From Planctomycetales bacterium (GTDB lineage Bacteria > 4484-113 > JAFGCY01), in NCBI GenBank assembly GCA_022646745.1, contig CP060262.1:2250001-2282000 (forward strand): a DNA stretch of 32,000 nt, given 5' to 3'. The notes under the pieces were generated by a model. The model saw nothing but the letters and a program-made list of their open reading frames with translations, had not been told where the DNA came from and ran no database searches. Below are positions 8,442 to 16,320 of the stretch, piece by piece; the stretch's first letter is position 1; each line of letters begins with the position of its first letter. A program made the position numbers and the translations under genes.

Positions 8442-9918
8442 GCTGCATCACCCTCTCCGCGGTCATCCGGCCACCGAGTGTCACGAGCGGCATGCCCGTG
8501 CCGGGGGTGGTGGAGGCACCGGTGTAGTACAGTCCCGGCAGGCGGCGGCTGTAGTTCTGCGCGCGCCAGGGGCCGAGCATCAGCAGGCGGTGGCTGGCGC
8601 CGAAGGCGCTGCCGTCGTACAGGCCGAAGTTGTCACGCCAGTCAGCCGGGGTGTAGCAGCGCTCCATTTCGATGTCGTCCGCGGAGATGTCACTGCCCTC
8701 CGCGCGCAGCCTGGCAATCACGAACTGCCTGAGGCGCTCGCGCTGGGCCTGCCAGTCCACATCACCAAGGCGACTTAACACCGGTGTCGGCAGCAGCACG
8801 AACATGGTGGACTTGCCCTCCGGTGCCAGCGAGGGGTCAGTCTCGCTGGCCAGCGAGACGTAGAAGGGCGGTTCACTGCTGATTGAGTGGCCCTGCATCA
8901 GTTGGTTAAAGGATTCGCGGTAGTGCTGCGGGAAGAAGATGCTGTGGTGCCCGAGCCCGCTCACCTTACGCTTGAGCCCCCAGTAGAAGGTCAGCACGCC
9001 GGGGGTCATCGCCATCCGCGCCGCTCGCTTGCCGCCGCCGTTGGCGGAGATCACTTCCGGGGCGAGCAGGGTGTCCGTGGTTGGCACGTCCACGTTGCTG
9101 ACGATTGCATCGGCTGCCAGCAGGCTGCCGTCCGCCAGTTCAACAGCCCGGCCCCGTCCACCGTTCTCGCGGATGCGCTTCACCTCGCAGGAGGTGCGGA
9201 TCTCCACTCCGTTGTCAGCAGCCAACCGGGTCATCGCCTCCACGAGGGCGTAGATTCCGCCGCGCGGCAGCCAGAGGCCGTAGTTCAGTTCCCCGAAGGG
9301 CAGGATCTCGAACAGGCCCGGCAGGTCGAAGGGCGAGCCGCCGAGGTACATCGCGTAGCTGCCGAGCGCCTGCTTGATGCGCTCACTGCGGAAGGACGTG
9401 CCGAGCTGCCCATACACGCTGCGCTGCAGTCCGAGCCCCAGTAGCTCATTGAGGCGCAGGGCGCCGAGCCATCTGAGCGGATTGTCAGCATTGGAAGTCA
9501 CCAGCCTGTCGAAGCTCAGCCTGTAGTTACGCCCGGCGCGCTCCAGCCAGGCGCTGAGGCGCGGTCCGACTGAGGGGTCGAAGCGTTCGAACTCGCTGCG
9601 CAGGCGGTCGAAGCGGCTGGAAAGCTGCAGGCTTTCTCCGTCCGGCCAGTGGAAGCGGATGCCGGGCTCGACTTCCAGCAGCTCGAGCTGTTCATGCAGG
9701 TCGGAACCGTTGTCAGCGAACAGTTGCTCGAACACCCAGGGATAGTTCAGCAGCGAGGGGCCGGTGTCGAAGCGGAAGCCGTCCTGCTCGATCAGGTTTG
9801 CCCGGCCGCCGGTGCCCGCATTCTTTTCCAGCAGCGTGACTTTGCAGCCCATGCGGGCCAGGTGGGTGGCGGCGGACAGGCCTCCGAGGCCTCCACCGAT
9901 CACTATCACATTTGTCAT
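8431..9918 (-). CDS. crtI: Phytoene desaturase (CrtI family)
   Basis: Start trimmed to ATG 9916-9918 (MTNVIVIGGGLGGLSAATHLARMG, GxGxxG at the N-terminus), overlapping the crtB TGA as TGATG (9916-9920). Signatures: GGRA.....DGFRFDTGPSLLNYP..FEQLF and C-terminal GLYYTGASTTPGTGMP. Confidence 0.85.
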   Translation of the reverse strand: MTNVIVIGGGLGGLSAATHLARMGCKVTLLEKNAGTGGRANLIEQDGFRFDTGPSLLNYPWVFEQLFADNGSDLHEQLELLEVEPGIRFHWPDGESLQLSSRFDRLRSEFERFDPSVGPRLSAWLERAGRNYRLSFDRLVTSNADNPLRWLGALRLNELLGLGLQRSVYGQLGTSFRSERIKQALGSYAMYLGGSPFDLPGLFEILPFGELNYGLWLPRGGIYALVEAMTRLAADNGVEIRTSCEVKRIRENGGRGRAVELADGSLLAADAIVSNVDVPTTDTLLAPEVISANGGGKRAARMAMTPGVLTFYWGLKRKVSGLGHHSIFFPQHYRESFNQLMQGHSISSEPPFYVSLASETDPSLAPEGKSTMFVLLPTPVLSRLGDVDWQAQRERLRQFVIARLRAEGSDISADDIEMERCYTPADWRDNFGLYDGSAFGASHRLLMLGPWRAQNYSRRLPGLYYTGASTTPGTGMPLVTLGGRMTAERVMQHAR

Positions 9919-10916
9919 CAGAGCAACCCCGTCATGGCCAGCGGGACACGCCAGTACTTGCTGGCCGGCAGCACGGAGAACTTGCGCGCACCGGACACGC
10001 TCAGGCGGGTGTCCAGCCGGCCTTCTGAATCGAGGATCATGCCGTTGAGCAGCGAATAGACATTGATGCAGCACTCGATCGCCACCCGGCTGTCGCGGCT
10101 GAAGCTGGCAACCCCGGCCTGGGCCCGGGCGTATCCTTGCTGGGCATGCTGGGCCAGCTCGATGCGGGCCTGCACGAGGTCGGCATCACTCAGTTCCGCC
10201 GCAGCGATGCCGTCCGTCCAGCCGGACTGCGGCAGCATCGACAGCGGGATGTAGATCCGCCCGCGTTCGCGGTCATCCGCCACGTCGCGGGCGAAGTTGG
10301 TTAGCTGCAGGGCGATTGCCAGTTCCCGGGCGCAGTCCAGCGCGGCACTGAAGTTGCCACTGCCGCTGGAGCCATATACATATGTGAGGAAGTAGCCGAC
10401 CACAGTGGCACTGCCGTAGATGTAGCGCTCGACAAGGTCTTCCATGGTCTGGAACTTGCGCGGCTGGAGGTCACTCTCCATTGCATCAAGGAAGGAGCGG
10501 TAGTACTCGCGCGGGATGCCGAGCCCGTTGACAAGCTTGGCGAAGACGGCGATGTAGGGATTGCAGCCCAGCTCCACGGCCTGCTGCAGCCCGCTGCAGC
10601 CCAGTGCCCGTTCGTAGTCCCGACGCCAGGCTGCCATCTCCGTCTCGACATCGATCCCCTGGGGGGCAAAGGTGTCAACCAGTTCGTCGGGGTAGCGCAC
10701 GGCGGCGTAGATCAGTTCCACCTGCCGGCGCTTGTGCGGTGGCAGGAAGCGGGTGACGAGATAGAAGCTGGTGCTGTAGGCACGCAGCACTCCGCGGGAT
10801 GACTCGGCTACGAGCTGCATGGCTTCCTGCTCATCCGCGGCCGAAAGCACCGTCTCGGCAAGAATGGCCGCGCGACTGCGCCATGAGACGATTGACCAGA
10901 CCTGTTGTGCTGCCAT
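9918..10916 (-). CDS. crtB: Phytoene/squalene synthase family protein (CrtB)
   Basis: STSFYLVTRFLPPHKRRQVELIYAAVRYPDELVD is the first Asp-rich motif (DELVD). LQLTNFARDVADDRERGRIYIP is the second Asp-rich region. Start chosen at ATG 10914-10916 because GGGGA lies 6 nt upstream. ATGs at 10994 and 11018 remain possible alternatives. Confidence 0.85.
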   Translation of the reverse strand: MAAQQVWSIVSWRSRAAILAETVLSAADEQEAMQLVAESSRGVLRAYSTSFYLVTRFLPPHKRRQVELIYAAVRYPDELVDTFAPQGIDVETEMAAWRRDYERALGCSGLQQAVELGCNPYIAVFAKLVNGLGIPREYYRSFLDAMESDLQPRKFQTMEDLVERYIYGSATVVGYFLTYVYGSSGSGNFSAALDCARELAIALQLTNFARDVADDRERGRIYIPLSMLPQSGWTDGIAAAELSDADLVQARIELAQHAQQGYARAQAGVASFSRDSRVAIECCINVYSLLNGMILDSEGRLDTRLSVSGARKFSVLPASKYWRVPLAMTGLL

Positions 10917-11085
10917 CTGATTTCCCCGCTGGCCTTCGCGCTGCTGGATAATGCGCTGCGCTGGCCCAGATCGCACCGGGAACGGGAGGACCATTTGCCC
11001 GCCCGCTTCCTGGCACATCAGATGCTATTGGGCAAACCTTGCGCTTCTGAGGCGGGAGTCTGGTGAAAGTATGGAGAAAGTCCGC

Positions 11086-11703
11086 TCAGGCAGCGACAGT
11101 GCGGCTGGCAATCACAAGGCACATCGTCGAATTGGCAGTGGCGTGCAGCAGCCAGGGAGCCAGGATGGAACCGCTGCTGATGCGCAGCCAGCCGGCGTAC
11201 AGGCCGCCCGCGAAGATCACAATGAGCAGCGGCCAGGCCTGCGGTGCGATCGCCAGCAGGATGAGGTGCGGCAGCAGGAAGATGAGCGCCTGCAGGATGT
11301 TTGCCCAGGGCGCTTTCACCCGGCGTGATAGGCTGCCGGCTATCAGGCCGCGGAAGAACAACTCCTCGCAGAAACCGGTCTGCAGGAATCCGTATAGCAG
11401 CGCCAGCAGGAAGGTCAGCGGCTTGATCCCGGCTCCGGCGAATCCGGCCATTGCATTGCCTTCATGTGTCATCAGCGAAAGGTCGAAGGGAACTAGGAAC
11501 AGGATGATCGCAACAGCCAGGCTGGCGATGGCGGCCTGCAGCAGGTAACGAGTCTCGCCAATGCAGAGACCGGCACGTTCAAGCACTGCCCTGATTCCAC
11601 GCTTGTGCTTCAGGCTGTGGAACAGGGCATAGATGCCGAGCGGGATGCCCGCCAGCACAATCAGGTTCACGACAGCGGTAGAGATAGCCTTGCTCGTGTC
11701 CAT
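11086..11703 (-). CDS. CPBP family intramembrane glutamic endopeptidase (CAAX/Abi-like)
   Basis: 205-aa polytopic membrane protein. Motif 1 is EELFFRG, motif 2 is FLLPH (FxxxH), motif 3 is LLHATANS. GGGGGA SD lies 5 nt upstream of ATG 11703. Confidence 0.85.
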   Translation of the reverse strand: MDTSKAISTAVVNLIVLAGIPLGIYALFHSLKHKRGIRAVLERAGLCIGETRYLLQAAIASLAVAIILFLVPFDLSLMTHEGNAMAGFAGAGIKPLTFLLALLYGFLQTGFCEELFFRGLIAGSLSRRVKAPWANILQALIFLLPHLILLAIAPQAWPLLIVIFAGGLYAGWLRISSGSILAPWLLHATANSTMCLVIASRTVAA

Positions 11704-11779
11704 GCAATCCCCCGATGATAGCTGGGTGTACTACGCAGTGTAAGCCACTCCTGTTTCAGCTGATCCGGAATCCTGCGCT

Positions 11780-11788
11780 TGTTACAAT
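11780..11788 (+). promoter_or_regulatory. Candidate extended -10 promoter element (TGtTACAAT) for the 11842 lipoprotein gene
   Basis: TG-n-TACAAT at 11780-11788 in the divergent CPBP/peptidase intergenic region. The -35 is poor (CTGATC at 17-nt spacing). It lies about 40 nt upstream of the GGGGGAGG SD at 11826-11833. Confidence 0.35.
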
Positions 11789-11841
11789 GGACACAGCCCG
11801 GAAAGCCGCAGTCTGGCGGCTCCGTGGGGGAGGACCCTTTA

Positions 11842-14800
11842 TTGCTTTATCTCAGACAGGCCTGCGCGCTCATCAACATTGGAATCCTACTCATTCTTGC
11901 CTCCTGCGGCGGATCGCAGCAAACGCCGGACGCTGGACAGGCTGGACAGCAGCAGGCAGCCCTGCAATCAGACGCAAAAGTGGAAGACAACAGTGTCGAC
12001 GGATTGCTGGAGGTGCTGATGCAACCCCAGCTGCCACTGGCGGATGGCCTGCGCGGGGTCAGCATTGCCGCACCGCAACAACTATTGGGAAGGCTGGATG
12101 CGCAATTCGATGCGAAGACCACATTGTGTGCTGGGTCTGGCTGGTTCATCGAAGGAGCGGCCTACCAGGATGGATTGCCAAACAGCAATGTCTCGCGCGA
12201 CGGTGTCGAGCTGACCGAAGGCCTCTATTCGCCGAGCTATGACGGGATGGCGCTGGAAAGCGGATCGTATGCGATCTACCGCTGGAACCTGCGCGGCTAC
12301 AGCGGTGAGCAGACCATCGGCTTCAGCTGGGTGCCGGATATGGCACCGGAGGATGCGGGGAACTGGTACATCGGGCTCGCCAACCTGCAGGATGACCGCT
12401 GGGAGTTCTTCGAGGGCCCGGATGACAACGTGCTGTCGATCAGCAGTTTCGGCCCCTACCGCAGTGCCACCGGTGATGTGCTGCTGGCCTTCGTGCTGCT
12501 GGGCAGTACGGAAGCGGCGCTGGCCCACATGGAGGCCGGCGTGCCGGAGAAGCGCGCCACCGGCGAGCTGGGCCTGCCGGAGACGGCACCGGATTTCCCG
12601 CTGCTGGCCAAGGCGAGCGTGCTGCCGGCGGCCGTGGACCTGTCAGCGGAGTGCGCCCCCGTCAATGACCAGATGCAGTGGGGTGCCTGCACGGCATTCG
12701 CCGTCGGCGACAGCGCATACAACCACGAACTGGGGCAGGTCTACGGAGCCTACGGCTGGAACCTGCAGTCCCCCGCCAACCGGGTCAGCCCGAAGTACCT
12801 CTACATCAAGAGCGGTGAGCTGGGCGGCTTCCCGGCCAGCGGGGATTACGGCCGCTACACGGATGAAGTGATTGACAACCTGATGAACTACGGCACCGCC
12901 ACGGATGCCAATGCACCCTACGACATGGTGTATGACAACAACTGGAGCAGCGCGGCGCTTGAGGATGCCAAGGTGCTGAAGATTGAGTCCTGGCGCGAAG
13001 TGCCCTGCAACACGGATGACGGCATCGACACTGTCAAGCGCATCCTCGCCGAACAGGGCAAGGTGCTGCCGATGCGCGTCAACCTCGACATCACCTTCCC
13101 CTCGCTGCTGCCGGGCCAGGTCTGGTACTACACCTGGGGCACGATTGGCGGGCATGCGATGTGCATTGTCGGCTATGACGACAGCAAGGGTGCCAGCGGT
13201 GCATTCAAGGTGCGCAACAGCTGGGGCCGCTTCTGGGGTGACAAGGGCTACTGCTGGATCGCCTACGAAAGCTTCCGGAACCCCTATGCCTTCATCCGCT
13301 GCTACACGATGACGGAGGATTACGGAACGGATGTTGTCGACCGATTCGGGCTGAATGCGCCAGCCATCCCGCCGGTGAGTGGGCTGTCCGCCACGCAGGG
13401 CACCGAGGAGGGCGGCATCCACCTGGCATGGGATGCATACAGTGGCGGCGGTGCGCTGCATGTGATGCGCGACTCAATTGGCAACGAAGTGGCCGTGCTT
13501 GACCCGTCCGAGACTGAGTGGCTGGACGACACGGTCAGCGATCCGTACGGGCATGTTTACTGGGTGCAGGCTGATGGTGCACAGTCCAGCCCGGCAGTGA
13601 CGGGATACATCGCGGCCCTGCCGCAGGTGCTGGAGGTGCTGCCGCTGGAAGGTATATCAGATGAGGGGCTGAGCATCGGCGCGTCGGTGACAGGCAGCGG
13701 TCCGATGAGCTTCGTCTGGGACTTCGGGCTGGGGGCCACGCCTGCCAGTTCTATCCAGCAGCGGCCTTACATCACGCTGAAGAACCCCGGTACCTATGGC
13801 GGCACACTGACTGTCAGCAATGCGATCGGCAGTGATGAGTTCAGTTTCCAGTACACGGTGCTGCCGCAGCCGGTGCTGATTGACCACGTCTACGGCACGA
13901 GTGGCTACAGCGGGGACCAGGCGATCATCGGGATTGTCAGCGACGGGCCGCCGCAGGGCTACAGCTGGGATTTCGGCGATGCCTGCACGCCCTCCACAAG
14001 CACCGATGGGGAACCATTCGTGACCTATGGAGCACCGGGCGTGTATGAGGCGACGGTGACAATCACCAACCTGGTCGGCGAAGATACGCTCAATTTCCTG
14101 ATCGCGGTGCTGGACCCGACTGAAACGAAGTGGAGCCAGCCCGGCTTTGATTCCCGCCGCAGCCGCCAGAGCCCGCTGGTTGGTCCGCAGGACAATTCGC
14201 GGCGCTGGCGCTTCATGGCCAGCTACCCCGAAGTGAATGTCAACAGCAGCCATGTGATGGATGTGCTGGAATTGCCGTCCGGCGACCTGATCGTGCCCTG
14301 CAGCACGAATGGCAATGGCAACAAGCTTTTCCGGATCACCCCCGCTGGCGCGGTGGTCTGGAAGAATGAGTACCCATTCCCGCTGAAGGGCTACCTGACG
14401 CAGCCGGTCAGCTCGGCGGATGGAGCGAAGCTATACCTCACCAGCGGGCGCAGTGTGTATTGCCTGGACAGCGCTGACGGCGCGGAGATCTGGCGCAATG
14501 ACGGTGACTTCAGTGAGAGCTACCACGTGCTGCTGGAGAATGCCAACGGCGAGGTTTACGTCGTGCGTAACGGCCGCTGGCTGGGCGTGTTTGACGGCGA
14601 GGACGGCAGCCAGCTCGGGGAGGAGTTCGTGCTGTCGGACAGGAATGGCAGTGTCGCCAATGCCGTGCTGGCCCCGAATGGCACGCTGTTCATCAGCACC
14701 GAGTTCAACCATGAGGACCGGCTGGTCAGCTTCGACACGGTGGAAAACGTGCCGCTGCATTCGATCTTCATGCCGCAGCTGGTACGCGGGATGGCAATCA

Positions 14801-15522
14801 GCCCGGACGGCCTGACCATCTACACGCTTGACGACCAGTGCGATACGCGGGCCTTTGACACCAATACCTGCAACATGGTCTGGTGGCAGAAGGGCACCCG
14901 CGGGGCCTTCAGCTTCAACCGCAATGCACCGGCTGTGATGGCTGACGGCACGGTGGTGGTTGCCAACCAGGGTGGCAAGGTCTCTGCGCTGGATCCGGCT
15001 ACGGGCGCGATCATCTGGGACTACGACCTCGAACTGGACCCGGACTGCCGCAGCACGCCGGCCATCGGGCGTGATGGCACCGTCTACTTCGGCGGCTGCG
15101 ACACGCGGCTGTATGCGGTGAAGGAAGGTGCACTGGTCTGGCAGTCCGATCCGGCAGGCACCTTGTACTTCAGCGGTTCGCCAACGATTGCCAGTGACGG
15201 CACGCTGTACTGCGGCTCTGACAATGGCATGCTGTGGGCCTTCGGGACCGGCTCGGACGAGCTGTTCTACCCGGCCTACGTCAACTCGGTCAGCCCGCTC
15301 AGTGGAACGCCTGGCAGCATGCAGACCTTCATGGCTGACGTGGCCGGCAGCGGAGTGATCAGCTACCAGTGGGACTTCGACGGCGGGGCCACGCCTGACA
15401 AGCCGACGGATGCGGCCCCGGAGGTGACGCTGGGCCTGCCCGGCACCTACGACTGCAAGCTGACGGTCAGCAATGAGCTGGGCAACCATACCTTTGACTT
15501 TGAGCTGGTGGTGGGCAGCTAG
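11842..15522 (+). CDS. Giant lipoprotein P1: N-module + papain-like C1 cysteine peptidase + Fn3 + 2 PKD + PQQ-like beta-propeller + PKD
   Basis: The track ORF starts at TTG 11779. I prefer TTG 11842 because GGGGGAGG lies 8 nt upstream and the candidate -10 box sits inside the longer version. Signal peptide with lipobox ILAS|C. N-module at nt 12220-12543. C1 head at about nt 12631-13308, with Gln (NDQMQWGAC), catalytic Cys in GACTAFA (12688-12690), His in GGHAMCIVGYD (13153-13155) and Asn in VRNSWG (13216-13218). Fn3-like segment (GIHLAWDAY...YWVQA). PKD motifs FVWDFGLG, YSWDFGD and YQWDFDGG. Propeller blades DGTVYFGGCDTRLYAV and DGTLYCGSDNGMLWAF. Confidence 0.85.
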   Translation: MLYLRQACALINIGILLILASCGGSQQTPDAGQAGQQQAALQSDAKVEDNSVDGLLEVLMQPQLPLADGLRGVSIAAPQQLLGRLDAQFDAKTTLCAGSGWFIEGAAYQDGLPNSNVSRDGVELTEGLYSPSYDGMALESGSYAIYRWNLRGYSGEQTIGFSWVPDMAPEDAGNWYIGLANLQDDRWEFFEGPDDNVLSISSFGPYRSATGDVLLAFVLLGSTEAALAHMEAGVPEKRATGELGLPETAPDFPLLAKASVLPAAVDLSAECAPVNDQMQWGACTAFAVGDSAYNHELGQVYGAYGWNLQSPANRVSPKYLYIKSGELGGFPASGDYGRYTDEVIDNLMNYGTATDANAPYDMVYDNNWSSAALEDAKVLKIESWREVPCNTDDGIDTVKRILAEQGKVLPMRVNLDITFPSLLPGQVWYYTWGTIGGHAMCIVGYDDSKGASGAFKVRNSWGRFWGDKGYCWIAYESFRNPYAFIRCYTMTEDYGTDVVDRFGLNAPAIPPVSGLSATQGTEEGGIHLAWDAYSGGGALHVMRDSIGNEVAVLDPSETEWLDDTVSDPYGHVYWVQADGAQSSPAVTGYIAALPQVLEVLPLEGISDEGLSIGASVTGSGPMSFVWDFGLGATPASSIQQRPYITLKNPGTYGGTLTVSNAIGSDEFSFQYTVLPQPVLIDHVYGTSGYSGDQAIIGIVSDGPPQGYSWDFGDACTPSTSTDGEPFVTYGAPGVYEATVTITNLVGEDTLNFLIAVLDPTETKWSQPGFDSRRSRQSPLVGPQDNSRRWRFMASYPEVNVNSSHVMDVLELPSGDLIVPCSTNGNGNKLFRITPAGAVVWKNEYPFPLKGYLTQPVSSADGAKLYLTSGRSVYCLDSADGAEIWRNDGDFSESYHVLLENANGEVYVVRNGRWLGVFDGEDGSQLGEEFVLSDRNGSVANAVLAPNGTLFISTEFNHEDRLVSFDTVENVPLHSIFMPQLVRGMAISPDGLTIYTLDDQCDTRAFDTNTCNMVWWQKGTRGAFSFNRNAPAVMADGTVVVANQGGKVSALDPATGAIIWDYDLELDPDCRSTPAIGRDGTVYFGGCDTRLYAVKEGALVWQSDPAGTLYFSGSPTIASDGTLYCGSDNGMLWAFGTGSDELFYPAYVNSVSPLSGTPGSMQTFMADVAGSGVISYQWDFDGGATPDKPTDAAPEVTLGLPGTYDCKLTVSNELGNHTFDFELVVGS

Positions 15523-15651
15523 GCTGGATGCGTAAGGCTGTCAGTGCAAGTTAGGGAACGGAGAGTAGAGCTGACAGTTTCTCCACACTTTCTCCGGGGA
15601 GCGACCATTGCCGCGTGGTTTGATTCCCCATCGCACAGAGAGGAAGCAAAC

Positions 15652-16257
15652 ATGCAAGACAGACTGCGCAGGACGATTGGCCTGCTGATCGTGGCCATGC
15701 TGGCCATTCCCACGGGCGTGGGGGCAAGCATGGAATGGACTGACGGACTGCTGGATGACTGCTCGGCCACCGGACTGCAGGCCAGCATCGGCACCAGCTG
15801 GGAAGCGGTGCTTGACAACGATCGCGGCGGCCGCAGTTCAATTGAGATAGAGTCCGGGGAAGGAACGATCAGGGCCTCCGGCAAGCTTGCACGTGGCAGC
15901 CTGTTCGGTGGGCCGGGCACTGCCGGAATCATGCTGCCGCTGGCGACGGACGGCGGTGAGTACGACATCAACCAGTGGGACGGGATCCGCGTCACGGTGC
16001 GGCGCAGTGGTGCATCAATGCTGCTGCGCATCCACGGGATGGAAATCGAGAATGGCGACCACTTCGCCGTCGACATCCCGGCGAGCACTGAGTTCGCCAC
16101 CTATGAGTTCCCCTTCAGCCGAATGGGCCAGGTGATGTCGCCGCAGATGCCCTGGCGCGGGGACCGGGTGACCGCCGTCGAGTTGATCTGCTGGAGCTTC
16201 CCGGCTGACAGCTTCAGTTTTGAGCTGGACAGCATCGAGTTCTATCGCAGCGAATAG
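15652..16257 (+). CDS. Small secreted protein, CIA30/CBM11-like beta-sandwich (tentative)
   Basis: Trimmed to ATG 15652 (GAGAGGAAG SD 5 nt upstream), giving 201 aa with signal peptide MQDRLRRTIGLLIVAMLAIPTGVGA. W.AVLDNDRGGRS, DINQWDGIRVTVRR, FATYEFPFSRM and FSFELDSIEFYR resemble the CIA30-family pattern as I remember it. The family call is unverified. Confidence 0.6.
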   Translation: MQDRLRRTIGLLIVAMLAIPTGVGASMEWTDGLLDDCSATGLQASIGTSWEAVLDNDRGGRSSIEIESGEGTIRASGKLARGSLFGGPGTAGIMLPLATDGGEYDINQWDGIRVTVRRSGASMLLRIHGMEIENGDHFAVDIPASTEFATYEFPFSRMGQVMSPQMPWRGDRVTAVELICWSFPADSFSFELDSIEFYRSE

Positions 16258-16272
16258 ACAGAGAAAATGCCG

Positions 16273-16310
16273 AAGCGGCAGACCGGTGCTCCATGGCCGG
16301 CCTGCCGCTT
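16273..16310. terminator. Hairpin between convergent genes (candidate bidirectional/intrinsic terminator)
   Basis: AAGCGGCAG (16273-16281) pairs with CTGCCGCTT (16302-16310), giving a 9-bp stem and a 20-nt loop. On the minus strand it is followed by CGGCATTTTCTCT (a U-rich tail for the 16321-19656 gene). The plus-strand tail is not U-rich. Confidence 0.45.
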
Positions 16311-16320
16311 GCCTTGCTGC

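Noticed and set aside
15538-15577. Hairpin CTGTCAG-N26-CTGACAG followed by TTTCTCC after the P1 stop, as a possible terminator
   Set aside because: The stem is only 7 bp and AT-containing, with a 26-nt loop. That is too weak to call.
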